64,000 nt of DNA from an uncultured delta proteobacterium (GCA_963743525.1 CAVUQH010000004.1:544001-608000), one strand, 5' to 3'. Numbered from the stretch's first letter, positions 44,312-57,379 are shown. Made by a program: numbers and translations. The notes: generated from the sequence alone by a model not told the origin.

Positions 44312-45979
44312 TCAGCGCTTGCGCGGCCGGGGAATGGCATAGCGCGCCATCTTGGTCAACAGCCAGCGCCGGCTGATCCCCAGCGCCTCGGCCGCGCGGG
44401 TCTGGTTACCGAGGGCTGCGGCCAGCGCGTCGATGATCCGCTGGCGCTCGGCGAGCTCGGTCTCGGTCAGCCCGGGCGGCGCGGCGCCGGCGGCATCGAC
44501 CGCGCCGGCCAGCGCGCGCTGCAGCGGCCCCGGCGCCGACAGCCGCATGCTGTCGGCCGGAAGATGCTCGGTGGTGATCGGCGCATCACCGGCCAGGAGC
44601 ACCGCGCGATCGATGGCGTTGCGCAGCTCGCGAATGTTGCCCGGCCAGCCGTACGAGTCGAGCAGTTCGCGAGCCTCGTCCGAGAACGCCGGCGTCCGCG
44701 GCAGGCCCATGCGCCGCGCGGCCGCCGCCGCGAACCGCGTAGCCAGCGGCACGATCTCGGCGCGGCGCTCGCGCAGCGGAGGAATCGTGAGAGCGAAGCC
44801 TTCGAGCCGATAGTAGAGGTCGGCGCGAAAGCGACCGGCGGCGATCTCGACCTCGAGGTCGCGGTTGGTCGCTCCCACGAAGACGACGTCAACGGCGATG
44901 TCGTCGACGCCGCCGACCCGGCGCAGCGTGCCGTCCTCGATCACCCGCAACAGCTTGGCCTGGGCGCCGAGCGGCAACTCGCCGAGCTCGTCGAGGAAGG
45001 CGATGCCGCCGCTGGCCGCCTCGAGCAGGCCGATCTTGCGCCGGTCTGCGCCGGTGAAGGCACCGCGCTCGTGGCCGAACAGCTCGCTCTCGATCAAGTT
45101 GTCGGGAAAGGCGGCGCAGTTGAGCTTGACCAGCGGCGCCTCCGCGCGCGGCGACAGCTCGTGCAGCCGGCGGGCGAAAATCTCCTTGCCGACGCCGGTC
45201 TCGCCCAGCAGCAGGACGTTGACGCCGCCGCTCGCGACCCGAACCAACAGCTCGTGCAGGCGCCGCATCGCCGCGTCCTCGATCACCAGATCGCCGGCCG
45301 GCACCCCCGCCGCCGGCTCGAGCGCCTCGCAGGCGGCAGCCAGGATCGCCTCGGCCGACGCGCCGTCTCTGGGATATCGCGCGCTGCCGAAGCTCGGCGA
45401 CTGCCCCTGTTGGGCGAGCGCACGCCCAATGCCGACGCGCACCGACTCGGCTACCTCGTCGCCGGCTTCGACCAGCAACAGCTCGTACTCGTGCGGGGCG
45501 TAGCGGGCCACCACGTCGCCCGCGCGGACCGCGTCGAGCAGCGCGGTCACGGCCTCGTCGCCGTCGTCCTCGAGCTGGACCCGCACGATGGTCAGCGCCG
45601 CACGAGTGTGGCGGGTGCGCGCCACCTCGTCTTGCAGGCGGGCCAGGAAGTAGTCGTGCGAGCGCAGCTGGCGCAGGCGTTCGTGCGACGCGCGCCCGCG
45701 CACCACGCAGACGACCGCGCCGACCTCGAAGAACTCCCCGGGCGAGATGTCGACCCGGCGCCCGGGCTCGAGCTGCTCACCGTGAAGGAAGGTGCCGTTG
45801 GAGCTGCCGAGGTCCTCGATTTGCAGGGTCTGGCCCACGTGCAGCGCGGCGTGACTGCGAGAGATCGAAGCGTCTTCGATCCGCACCCGCGCCTGGTCGC
45901 CGCGCCCGATCCCGACCGTACCCTCGGCCGGCAGGTCAACGCGGAGCGAGCCCGACTCGGCCATGACTACCAGCTGCAA
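44312..45979 (-). CDS. FHA-domain sigma54-dependent enhancer-binding protein (degenerate GGDEF-like middle)
   Basis: IGRG..SISRSHA..DLGSSNGT; GETGVGKE, GAFTGA, FLDELGE, WPGNIREL; Fis HTH. Confidence 0.93.
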   Translation of the reverse strand: MQLVVMAESGSLRVDLPAEGTVGIGRGDQARVRIEDASISRSHAALHVGQTLQIEDLGSSNGTFLHGEQLEPGRRVDISPGEFFEVGAVVCVVRGRASHERLRQLRSHDYFLARLQDEVARTRHTRAALTIVRVQLEDDGDEAVTALLDAVRAGDVVARYAPHEYELLLVEAGDEVAESVRVGIGRALAQQGQSPSFGSARYPRDGASAEAILAAACEALEPAAGVPAGDLVIEDAAMRRLHELLVRVASGGVNVLLLGETGVGKEIFARRLHELSPRAEAPLVKLNCAAFPDNLIESELFGHERGAFTGADRRKIGLLEAASGGIAFLDELGELPLGAQAKLLRVIEDGTLRRVGGVDDIAVDVVFVGATNRDLEVEIAAGRFRADLYYRLEGFALTIPPLRERRAEIVPLATRFAAAAARRMGLPRTPAFSDEARELLDSYGWPGNIRELRNAIDRAVLLAGDAPITTEHLPADSMRLSAPGPLQRALAGAVDAAGAAPPGLTETELAERQRIIDALAAALGNQTRAAEALGISRRWLLTKMARYAIPRPRKR

Positions 45980-46077
45980 GCCGCGCGGCTGCCGGTGCTC
46001 GTGCGACTGCGTCTTGTAGGTGTCGGAGCTGATGGCCCGACGTTACCGCAGCTCACCCGCCGGCGTCGCGACGAACG

Positions 46078-46203
46078 GGCAGCCTCCCGGCCATGAAATG
46101 ACTGCGTCCCTGGCGTGAAGACAATACCCAATGGTGATGGCGTCGCCAGCCGTCTCCGCTCCGGCGCCGTAAACGGGTAAGTCAACGGGATCGTTTTCGG
46201 GGC
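46078..46203. repeat. Island left-arm sequence, copy 1
   Basis: ~125-bp diverged direct repeat of 52306-52433 (GGCAGCCTCCCGGCC...GTCAACGGGATCGTTTTCGGGGC). Confidence 0.9.
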
Positions 46204-46384
46204 TCCTGCAAGCCCGTCTTCCATTTCCCTGGTGAAGAATCTTCCGCGCCTCTCTCGTGGAGGCCGTTCAGGACAATAGGCAATCTGATGGATCGCGGAC
46301 GAAGCCGTGTGGCGCATGCCCGGCTTCACGCTTGCGGTCTGGCCACCATGGTACAAGTCGCTTGTGGAAAGCAGCCTCCGCAGG

Positions 46385-47212
46385 ATGCCGCGATGTTGTG
46401 CATTCCTTGCCGGACTCGCGATCTGCGCTGCCGGACCGGCCGCCTGCGAGAAGAGCGACAGTCGGCCCGCGCCACCGCTACAGGTCTCCCACCGTCCGGT
46501 GGATAGCATCCTTGGCGCATTCACCTGCAAGATCGACGCTGGTCACGTCTACTGCAAGGGCGTCAACACCTATTGCCAGTTGGGCCAGGGAGCACCCGGT
46601 CCAGAACTGGCGACCTGGGTCGAGCTGCCCCATCTCTCCGACGCTACCGCGCTCGCTCTCGGCATGTCACACGCGTGCGCCTTGCGCACCACCGGGCGTG
46701 TCAGCTGCTGGGGCTGGAACCTCCACGGAGAGGCAAGACCTCCGCGGCCGGCTGTTCCGAATCCCGATCTACCCGCAAATGATCCGTCACTGACCATCGG
46801 CACACCGCTCGAGGTCAAAGGCGTTTCGGACGTGGTCGAAATCGGCGCCTCCGTGAGCAGTTCTTGCGCTCGCACACGAACCGGCAAGGTGTTCTGCTGG
46901 GGCGATAGCCAGTTTGTCAACGGAGATGACGATGGAGCGCTCCACCAGATTTCCGTCCCTGACTCGACTCGGCTGCTTGCGGGCCACGACTTCGTGTGCA
47001 GCGTTGCCTCGAACCGCCGCGTTTTCTGTTGGGGACACGTATACGACACCAAGGGTAATGGTCACGAGGAATCCTCTCCCTCGGTCGTCTTGAGCCCCCA
47101 CGCCAATGAATCCATCGAGCCCGGCCGCTTTGGTGTCTGTGTCGGCACCGGATCCAAACGCCGCTGCTGGGGCCGTCCGCCCGGCTCTGTGAAGCTGGCC
47201 CGCCCGCACTAA
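46385..47212 (+). CDS. RCC1/BLIP-II-like repeat lipoprotein
   Basis: VYCKG.N..CQLG, HACAL...VSCWGWN..GE, VFCWG repeats; signal ending PAAC. Confidence 0.8.
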   Translation: MPRCCAFLAGLAICAAGPAACEKSDSRPAPPLQVSHRPVDSILGAFTCKIDAGHVYCKGVNTYCQLGQGAPGPELATWVELPHLSDATALALGMSHACALRTTGRVSCWGWNLHGEARPPRPAVPNPDLPANDPSLTIGTPLEVKGVSDVVEIGASVSSSCARTRTGKVFCWGDSQFVNGDDDGALHQISVPDSTRLLAGHDFVCSVASNRRVFCWGHVYDTKGNGHEESSPSVVLSPHANESIEPGRFGVCVGTGSKRRCWGRPPGSVKLARPH

Positions 47213-47474
47213 TATCTCTGCCTCCCGTTCCCCCACGTCGCCGTCTGGTCCGGATCCCCGATCTCCCCGGATCTCGCAGCTCCTCCAGGAAAAGCCCGGC
47301 AGGTGCAGGGCGGGAGGTTTCGCATGACTGCAACCTCGCTGCCTGCAATTCCTCCCTGATTCCCCGCCGGCCACAAGATTGCGAGCTCGCATGGAAGGCT
47401 TGGGCCGTGGGCAGCGTACAACCAACCGATTGTTATAGTGGCCCTCCGGCCCGACACAGCCCACGTTGCCCCCA

Positions 47475-49985
<2,511 letters not shown>

Positions 49986-49988
49986 CCC

Positions 49989-50675
49989 ATGACACTGGCG
50001 GCCGAGGCGCGTTGTCCGGGCTGCAATCGCAGCTTGGCACCAACATCAGACAGCGCGCCGCTGGTCCGCGCGGATGATGTTCGCGACCAGGTGCTGGCGC
50101 GCACGTTTGCCGTCGAAGTGTGCCCATCATGCGAACGTCGGGTGGTGCTCGAAGGCCCGTATCTCTACTTCGACCTGGAGCGCCGCCACTGGATCGGCGT
50201 CTATCCTCTTCACCAGCTGCCCAACCACGCAGCACTCGATCGCGAGACCCGCGCCGTCTTCGACGACACCATGCGGACCGGCTGCGCGCCGATCGTGCGC
50301 ACCTGGGTCGCCCATTTCTCGATTCGCGCGGTCTTTGGCCTGGAAGCTCTGCGCGAAAAGCTGGTCTGCTTCGACGAAGGGCTGAACGACCGTGCCCTGG
50401 AGACCCTAAAGCTCATGCTCATCCGGGACGGCGCGCTCGGGCCCATCTCGCCCCTGACGCCAATCCACCTCGATCGCGTCGAGCACGATCACCTGATACT
50501 CTTTCACGGTTCGATGATGGCCAACGAACACGACCAGGCGCAGCCAGTAGCAGTCCCGCTGACTGCCTACGACGAGGTGTGGGCCGGGCTGCCACCCGCG
50601 CTCGACGACGAGACGACCAGCTGCGCCGTCGATTGGCGCACGCTCGTGATCGGCAGATCGGAGGCGTCGTCATGA
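49989..50675 (+). CDS. CpXC-domain protein
   Basis: CPGC...RDQVL...CPSC...YLYFD. Confidence 0.8.
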   Translation: MTLAAEARCPGCNRSLAPTSDSAPLVRADDVRDQVLARTFAVEVCPSCERRVVLEGPYLYFDLERRHWIGVYPLHQLPNHAALDRETRAVFDDTMRTGCAPIVRTWVAHFSIRAVFGLEALREKLVCFDEGLNDRALETLKLMLIRDGALGPISPLTPIHLDRVEHDHLILFHGSMMANEHDQAQPVAVPLTAYDEVWAGLPPALDDETTSCAVDWRTLVIGRSEASS

Positions 50676-51571
50676 TCTTCTGGCTGCGACTCGTACTGTG
50701 CGCGGTAGTCGGGCTGGGCGCTTGCACGGAGGGACGACACATGGCCTGGCCGCCGTCGGGAAAGCTGACAAAATGGGAGCAGGGCTCGGTGCCTGGCATG
50801 ACCTTCTACGAGCGCGTGACCGGGCCGCACCAGAGCCAGGGGATCGCGCGGGTGGACGGCAAATCCGGCTATCTCACCGGAATGAAGGCGTTCGACGAAG
50901 CACGCAAGCGACTCGGCGATCGCGACCTGGTTCTCCTGGCCCGGCTGGCCATGCTGCTGGTCGACGAGGGCGTTGCTGGAGACGACCCGTGGACGGGCCC
51001 GGGCCGTTTCACCGACGTGGAGGACCGCGTGGCCAAGCCGCCGTCGATCTCGGGCGACGTGTTCGAGTACTGGCGCCGGCACGAACAGATGCCCAACCTC
51101 ATGCGCGCGCGCCTCAACCTGAAGACAGGCGCCATCGATCTCGAGTCCGCCGACAAGATCGCGCGGGGCCAGGCGATGGCGGCCGATCCGTGGCCGGTAA
51201 TCGAACGCGACCTCGCCAGCGACAGCTACGATGTGGCCCTGCGCGGCATTCGCGAGCTGGAAGCGCTGAAGACACCCAAGGCCAAGGAGCGCCTGCAAAA
51301 GGAAGCGCTCGGCAACAAGGACTACTCCGTCCGCGAAGGCGCCGTGCTGGCCGTCGGTCGGCTCGGTGGCGATGGCGCGCTCGATACGCTGCTACACGCG
51401 GTTACCAGCGACGCGAGCGGTGATGTCCGCAAAGCGGCAGTCAAGGCGCTGGTCGAGCTCGGCGATCCCAAGGCACTCGACACACTGCGCAAGGTGGCCA
51501 ACAGCGATTCCGAGCCAACGGTGCAGGCCGAAGCCCAGATCGCGGTCAACAACTGGTCCAAGAAGCCGTGA
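50672..51571 (+). CDS. HEAT-repeat lipoprotein
   Basis: LGAC lipobox; VREGAVLAVGRLG, VRKAAVKALVELGD; ATGA overlap. Confidence 0.8.
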   Translation: MIFWLRLVLCAVVGLGACTEGRHMAWPPSGKLTKWEQGSVPGMTFYERVTGPHQSQGIARVDGKSGYLTGMKAFDEARKRLGDRDLVLLARLAMLLVDEGVAGDDPWTGPGRFTDVEDRVAKPPSISGDVFEYWRRHEQMPNLMRARLNLKTGAIDLESADKIARGQAMAADPWPVIERDLASDSYDVALRGIRELEALKTPKAKERLQKEALGNKDYSVREGAVLAVGRLGGDGALDTLLHAVTSDASGDVRKAAVKALVELGDPKALDTLRKVANSDSEPTVQAEAQIAVNNWSKKP

Positions 51572-52200
51572 CCGAGCCCGTCGATCGGCTTCGCCTGTTT
51601 GCCACGCCGGTGGACGTCTATCAGCTCGACGAGCTCGCTGAGCTGAACCCGCAACTGACGCGGCGCCTGTCGCAGGAGGCGAGCTCGGTCGCCAGCATCG
51701 AGCGCAGCAACGTCGGCACCTGGCATTCGGCGCCCGATCTCTGTCAACGCGAAGAGTCCTGCTATCAGCGCGTGGTCGAGGCGATGTTGGCGCGGGTTCG
51801 CTCCACGTTCGATCAGATGCTCCTCGAGCGAGGAGAACCGCTCGACCAGCCCTTCGACTACGCGGTGCACGGTTGGGCCATGGTGGCGACCGACGGCGGC
51901 TACGTCGCCCTGCACGATCACGTGGAGGCGCACTTCTCGGTCGCCTACTACCCGGATGCAGGCGACGCGGACAGCGAACGCGACCCGTTATCCGGTCTGC
52001 TGGCCTTCGTCGACCCCGGGCACGGACGCATGTCCGTCGCCGGTCGCGAGATCAATCCTTCGACCTTCACGATCCGCCCGCGAACCGGGATGCTGGTCAT
52101 CTTTCCCGGCTGGCTGCAGCACTATGTCCATCCGTACCGCGGCGGTCGGCCGCGGGTTTCGCTGTCGTTCAACGTGCGACTCGAGCCGGCCGAGGCCTAG
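51568..52200 (+). CDS. Putative 2OG-Fe(II) oxygenase (TIGR02466-like)
   Basis: LFATP, SNVGTWHS, HDH, SVAYY, IFPGWLQHYV, RVSLSFN. Confidence 0.87.
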   Translation: MTEPVDRLRLFATPVDVYQLDELAELNPQLTRRLSQEASSVASIERSNVGTWHSAPDLCQREESCYQRVVEAMLARVRSTFDQMLLERGEPLDQPFDYAVHGWAMVATDGGYVALHDHVEAHFSVAYYPDAGDADSERDPLSGLLAFVDPGHGRMSVAGREINPSTFTIRPRTGMLVIFPGWLQHYVHPYRGGRPRVSLSFNVRLEPAEA

Positions 52201-52212
52201 TACCGAAACGGG

Positions 52213-52242
52213 TCAGGCCCCGAGCGGGCACTCGGGGCCTGA
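52213..52242. terminator. Hairpin downstream of the duplicated tRNA 3' end
   Basis: TCAGGCCCCGAG-loop-CTCGGGGCCTGA; a second copy at 62554-62581. Confidence 0.6.
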
Positions 52243-52256
52243 AGAGAACTTCTCGT

Positions 52257-52306
52257 AATTCTTGGAGGTGCCACCCGGATTCGAACCGGGGATGGAGGTT
52301 TTGCAG
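52257..52306 (-). repeat. att site: duplicated 3' half of tRNA-Cys
   Basis: Identical to 62597-62646; identity ends exactly at the anticodon loop (TTTGCAG). Confidence 0.95.
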
Positions 52307-52433
52307 GCAGCCTCCCGGCCACGAAATGACTGCGTTCCTATCGTGAAAACAACAACCTAGCGTTGCATGGCGTCGCCAGCCGTCTCCGCTTCGGCGCCGC
52401 AAACGGGTCAGTCAACGGGATCGTTTTCGGGGC
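52306..52433. repeat. Island left-arm sequence, copy 2
   Basis: Direct repeat of 46078-46203; contains AAACGGGTCA motif. Confidence 0.9.
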
Positions 52434-52464
52434 GTCGGTGGACCGGCCACGGATATCCCGCAAA

Positions 52465-53170
52465 TCATTTTCCGCTGACTCGCCGCAGTCGTCCTAGCGA
52501 CGTCGCGCGGGGCTTCGACCGCCTTGCAGCAAGCAGGAAAAGAACTGACGCCAGGGCTGTCCAGACGTTGCCGCCGCCGCCGGACGCGCAGCCGCCTGGC
52601 CCCGGACATCGACCTCCCTCGACCCGTCCGATATTGGTGCAATGGTCAAGTGGCACGCAGACCTCGCGCTCGCCGCCCGCACTGTTCCCGCTGCCGTCGG
52701 ACGCAACAACGGACCCGCAGTACGTCTGCCCGAGTTCCAGCTTGGGCGCTGCAGCGGATTCGTCGGAGAAAAAGGAGCCCAAGGGACGATAGCTCAACGG
52801 CACCAGCGGGCACTTGGTGCAATTCAACCTGCGGGAATGCCCATCTGGGAATGCCCATGTCCAGCCCAAATTTCCCGAAGAATACGGTCTTTGGCTGGTC
52901 GTCCGTGAGCCCACAGTCCGGGGCCGCGATCGGCACATCCGACACGCACACGGTCGAGAGCGGATCGCCGAAGATGACAATCGCGTACCTGAGATTGAAC
53001 TCTACGCCCCCGACCGTTCCAGTGATGTTGGTGTTGCGGGCCCCAGCGTCTCCCCGAACACCGCCATCTCCCAGAACGGAGGCGTCCGGACTCCTGCTCC
53101 CGTCAGATGGACTCCCACACGCAACCAGCAGCACGAACGCCGAGCCCAGCCACCGGGATCGCCAAGTCAC
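52465..53170 (-). pseudogene. Lipoprotein (PRWAFPQVEL family) joined out of frame to a MYXO-CTERM-like C-terminus
   Basis: LVAC lipobox; frame change near 52780; ends GGCASGGG-hydrophobic-RRSK. Confidence 0.55.
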
Positions 53171-54084
53171 GGGACCACCTCAACCGGCACACCCTCGATC
53201 CGCAGTGCCATCGAGCTGTAGTCATACTCGTGGTCGTGCACCGGCCAATACACCGGACTGCCATCGACCGTAGCGGTCAGATCCAAATCCTGCCCGACGT
53301 AGAGCGAGCGGAAATAGCTGTTGTCGAGCTCGTCGGGCGAGATCAGGCCATTCGCGTCCTTGTCGAACCAACCCAAAACAGCGGATGCCAAATCACTATC
53401 ACACGAGGACGGGCATCCCATGTCAACCGAGATCAGCTCGTTGAACGCCCGCGACACCGGATCCCGCATCGCGTCCACGGCGTCGTCTTGCAGCACTCCG
53501 AATCCCACCGTGCCCGTAATCTGTGAATCCGTGACGGCAAGATCGGCTGCCACACCAAGGGAAGCCACCCATTTCACCTCCACAGGATCATTGCCGGGCT
53601 CAAAGAACAGGGAAAGAGGGATCGACCCCGCTCCTTCCGACGCCGCGATGCGGTCTCCTGCGGTCCCGACCGCAGGAGTTGGCATGGGCGACTCCACTCG
53701 GACCGTCCCAGGAGCTGGCGCATCAATCCCCTTGAGAAGGGCGACGCGGGCGTAGGGCTTGTCCGAGCAGGTGCCGATCGCTGCTACCCACGGCCACTGT
53801 GCCAGGGCCTCAGACGAGCCATCAGTGGAGAACGCCACGCCCTGCTCGACCCAGCCCGCGCGGCTGGTTCCCAAGAAGTTGTCCGGGTCGCCCGTCGGCG
53901 GATCAAGGTCGAGGCCAGCGTGGGCCGCCTCGAGCGCGCTTGATGCGAACGTCAGGGACGAGATCTGGAAGTACCGGAAGTTCATCTCACATGGAGCAGG
54001 CTCCGCTCCGGGCAAGCCTGGCGGGCCGCCCATCCCACAGCCACCACAAACGAGCAGCAGTCCAAGGTGGCGAAGCCACAGCAT
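53167..54084 (-). CDS. Hypothetical lipoprotein
   Basis: CGGC lipobox-like; GLDLD...PDNFLG; FDKDANGLIS..EL EF-hand-like motif. Confidence 0.7.
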   Translation of the reverse strand: MLWLRHLGLLLVCGGCGMGGPPGLPGAEPAPCEMNFRYFQISSLTFASSALEAAHAGLDLDPPTGDPDNFLGTSRAGWVEQGVAFSTDGSSEALAQWPWVAAIGTCSDKPYARVALLKGIDAPAPGTVRVESPMPTPAVGTAGDRIAASEGAGSIPLSLFFEPGNDPVEVKWVASLGVAADLAVTDSQITGTVGFGVLQDDAVDAMRDPVSRAFNELISVDMGCPSSCDSDLASAVLGWFDKDANGLISPDELDNSYFRSLYVGQDLDLTATVDGSPVYWPVHDHEYDYSSMALRIEGVPVEVVP

Positions 54085-54124
54085 GGCTCCAGTATCTCGC
54101 CGCTCCGGCGGCGAGACAAACGAT

Positions 54125-54607
54125 CTAGAACCTCACGGTGCCTGAGATCACACCGTCGCCGAAATTCAGCTGGACACCGTACGCGTCCCCTGGACGGGAT
54201 TCGCTCGCCGTCCCGCCGTCCAGCACACGCAAAGCGCCCGCCGTGCTCACCCATTTCCGCGGTGCTGTACCGGTCCGAAGCAGCTCCACCTGTGGGAAGG
54301 CCCACCGAGGCGCACCGCGGTCCCACCCGAACTGTGCAAACACCAGCACACGCGCATCTGCATCGAAGTAGCCACAATCGCGCTCCTCGATCGGCCGATC
54401 CGAGATGCACAGTCAACTCAGCGGCTGCCCTGGCATGAGTGCCGCGTAGGACAGGTGGACGCGGCTTCCAGCCATGGTCCCATCGACCACCGCAAAGCCA
54501 TGAATTGGCTCCGTTTCATCCTGCTGCCCCTCATCCGCGGGCATGCCGCACCCGACGGCGGCCAACGCCAAGACAAAAGTCACGATCCTACTTCGACGAG
54601 CAGTCAT
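54125..54607 (-). pseudogene. Lipoprotein (PRWAFPQVEL paralog) with in-frame TGA
   Basis: AVGC lipobox; PLS*LCISD, TGA at 54413-54415; same frame continues to 54125. Confidence 0.65.
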
Positions 54608-55091
54608 ATTTTGCCGTCCCGGTAATCGCCACATCAACCGAGGAGAGACGCACTCCATCGCGTAGAACCAAACCGTCATCACGCACCGTCACCCGGTCGG
54701 CGCCGAGGTAGGCTTGCTGGGGGCTCTGCGGATCAACCGCGACTGCCAGGACCGTGAATGTCCCCGGTGCCACGTGATTCACCTCATAGTGCACGGGCCA
54801 ACTCTGGACGGCAATCTGCGTCTTCGAAACGTCCCGCTCACACGCAAGCCCATCGCTGAACGTCATGCCCTCTGGCACAAGAGAGACTTCCAGGTCACCG
54901 GTCGCGTTCGGGAAGATCGTCCCCACATCCCCAGCAACCGATGCGCTTCCAACGCATTCCTTCGCCTCACAGGCCAGTCCCGCCTGACAATCCGCCGACG
55001 TTGCACAGGCCCCGCCCAACCCCGCGCCTTCCGGCCCTGCGGGCGACGCGCACGCCCCTACCAACATCAACAAGCAAGTGTAGCGACTCAT
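54588..55091 (-). CDS. Small Cys-containing lipoprotein
   Basis: VGAC lipobox; GGACATSADCQAGLAC. Confidence 0.65.
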   Translation of the reverse strand: MSRYTCLLMLVGACASPAGPEGAGLGGACATSADCQAGLACEAKECVGSASVAGDVGTIFPNATGDLEVSLVPEGMTFSDGLACERDVSKTQIAVQSWPVHYEVNHVAPGTFTVLAVAVDPQSPQQAYLGADRVTVRDDGLVLRDGVRLSSVDVAITGTAKYDCSSK

Positions 55092-57364
55092 GGACAACCC
55101 CGAAGGGTGATTTCAATGTCGCCGTCAGTGACCTTCACGAGCTGCGGCTCCTCATACTTGCCATCAGGACACAGCCGCGGCAGGTCCTGCGTCCCGTCGC
55201 TCGTGTCTGGAACGAACAGGCACCGCGCAAAGTCTGGATGGCCGTCCTGTTCCACGGCACCAAGAATCCCCAATATCCCCGACACAAGCTGATTCGCGAA
55301 AGGTCCAAGCTGATCCAGCAGACTGTCCCCAGCACTGCTCAAGCTGATCTTCCCGAAGGGAAGGAGCGGGATGTCCACCCCGCCTTCAACTTTGACAGCG
55401 ACCAGCGTGGCATCAATACCTGCATAGCCAGGCCCTGATGACGCCTCGGCGTCCGATCGCTCACGAACGTGTGGCTCGTAGTAGAAGGTGATCGAAAAAT
55501 CCCCGATATTCAAAGGCAAGCCGCTTACCGTCGCGTATCCGTCTTTCAGATCGATCCGCAGTCGGATCTGACCCTGCTGCGCTTGGGGCGGCGTCACGAA
55601 CGGGAAGGGGTCCGCCAGGTCGATCGACACGTGCTTGATCTCCGCATCGAAGTCAGTTGCAACGTCCGCGAAAATTGGGACATCGCCGAGACCGAGGGTA
55701 TCCGGAAGCCGCGCGGTTTGCATCGTTTGGATCAGCTGATCTCGCACGGCGTGAAGGTTCGCAATGATCTGGTCGCGCCGATCATCTGGGAATAGCGGAG
55801 AGATATCGTCTTCCACCGCTGGCGACAGCAACGGTCGCGCTATACACAACGGGCTAAGCGTTGGGTCCTGCACGCACACATGGTTAAGTGGGCACGTACT
55901 TGCGTCCGTCGGATCGCAGTAGTCGTTGTGCCAGCACTCGTCGCAGCCGATGGGCCTACAACCCAGGACCATCCCCGCGACAACCTCCTGTCCCGTGCCC
56001 AGTTCACGGCAGATACCATCGGGGTGACCGTCGCCATCCTGATCTGACCGATCACAGAGCCCCGATGGACAGTCCGCGTTTGACGTGCACTTTGGCACGC
56101 ACGCCCCAGCCGTTGGAGCATTGGCCCTGCCATTCCATGCCGGCGCCCCGGCGCATCTAAAGTCCTCATCATTCCCAAGCACACCGCAGTCCTGGTCGTG
56201 CGCGCATTGCACCTGCCTGCTGCCATCCGTACAGCGAGTACAAAACGCCCCGTCACTTGTCAGGATCCACGGCATTTGGCCACGAGCGACCAAGCCTGGA
56301 TCCTGTGCTGGGCACGACCGACATTCGGCGACCTGGAGTCCCTTCACCAGGAATCGCGGTCGGGCGCCGACAGCTTCCGTTGTGTAGTGCAACTCTCCAG
56401 CACTACACGTCGCACACTGGTCACTCGCGGGATCGAAAAAGGAGCCATCGGGGCACTCGACACAGAAGACGCCCAGGCTCAGGTCGGTCACCACCTGACC
56501 GGCACTTGCACAGTTCTTGTCTGCCTCCGACACTGACGCGTAGAAGGTACGCGTACCACTGCCCGTCAACTCGAGGTCTTCACTAGTCGCCGAGGTAGCC
56601 TGAGTGACAACGGGGGGATCAAACCCGCTGTTTCCACCAACATCGGGATCACAGAACTCGTGGCCCCCCGCCGGCACGCAGACATGCTGCTGTATCTTCA
56701 ATGGGCCGAAACCATCACGTAAGAATACACCTGTCAGCTGTTCATCCAGGAAGCCGTCGAAGTCCTCGGTGTCACCGATCGTCTCCACTGCGACACCCGC
56801 GCCCGACGGATGGTGGTACGGAAACGGAAGCTGCACGTAGCCCGCCAGGTCGAAACATGCAGGCGACCACAAGAAGAACACGGATCCCCACTGCAGGTTC
56901 ATCTGCGCCTCGGAGATCGCGACTCGCCGCGCGAAGCGTGGGCACGCACTTGCCATGTCACTATCGAACAGTTCCGAATCGTGCTGGTCAGCAAAATCCA
57001 CCCGGTTGGCCACTGGCTGGTAGTAGGAGACGCGATAGCCCTTGGGGCCTCCCGACACAGATGGCAGAACGACCACATTTCGACTGGGATTGCTGCCAAC
57101 GCGCGCATCCACCACATCCAGGTCCACACTCAGAGACGGCAGCGTGCGATGGGCTACGGCGACCGTCTCGCCGCCAGCCTGCAACCCGCCGCGCGCAAAT
57201 GCGAGATAGACCGCGTTCCCGTCAGGCGACCGCGCAAGCGACGGAGCACTATAGAAGACAGAAATCAGGGAGCTCCCGGAGAGCAGATCCGTCCGGGGTT
57301 CGACGAATGACCTGACCACGGCGGTAGCCACTCGTCCGTCATGCCGGACAGCCTCGACGAGCAA
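55088..57364 (-). CDS. Large Cys-rich extracellular protein, probably 5'-truncated
   Basis: 758-aa ORF with Cys repeats, no signal peptide, begins right at the RAYT promoter. Confidence 0.6.
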   Translation of the reverse strand: MLVEAVRHDGRVATAVVRSFVEPRTDLLSGSSLISVFYSAPSLARSPDGNAVYLAFARGGLQAGGETVAVAHRTLPSLSVDLDVVDARVGSNPSRNVVVLPSVSGGPKGYRVSYYQPVANRVDFADQHDSELFDSDMASACPRFARRVAISEAQMNLQWGSVFFLWSPACFDLAGYVQLPFPYHHPSGAGVAVETIGDTEDFDGFLDEQLTGVFLRDGFGPLKIQQHVCVPAGGHEFCDPDVGGNSGFDPPVVTQATSATSEDLELTGSGTRTFYASVSEADKNCASAGQVVTDLSLGVFCVECPDGSFFDPASDQCATCSAGELHYTTEAVGARPRFLVKGLQVAECRSCPAQDPGLVARGQMPWILTSDGAFCTRCTDGSRQVQCAHDQDCGVLGNDEDFRCAGAPAWNGRANAPTAGACVPKCTSNADCPSGLCDRSDQDGDGHPDGICRELGTGQEVVAGMVLGCRPIGCDECWHNDYCDPTDASTCPLNHVCVQDPTLSPLCIARPLLSPAVEDDISPLFPDDRRDQIIANLHAVRDQLIQTMQTARLPDTLGLGDVPIFADVATDFDAEIKHVSIDLADPFPFVTPPQAQQGQIRLRIDLKDGYATVSGLPLNIGDFSITFYYEPHVRERSDAEASSGPGYAGIDATLVAVKVEGGVDIPLLPFGKISLSSAGDSLLDQLGPFANQLVSGILGILGAVEQDGHPDFARCLFVPDTSDGTQDLPRLCPDGKYEEPQLVKVTDGDIEITLRGCP

Positions 57365-57379
57365 TCAAGTCGTTAGAGC

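Noticed and set aside
52261..52306. Second tRNA-Cys gene
   Set aside because: Only the 3' half up to the anticodon loop is present; it is an att duplication
54413..54415. Selenocysteine readthrough of the in-frame TGA
   Set aside because: The paralog has Thr, not Cys, at this position, and neighbouring genes are also damaged
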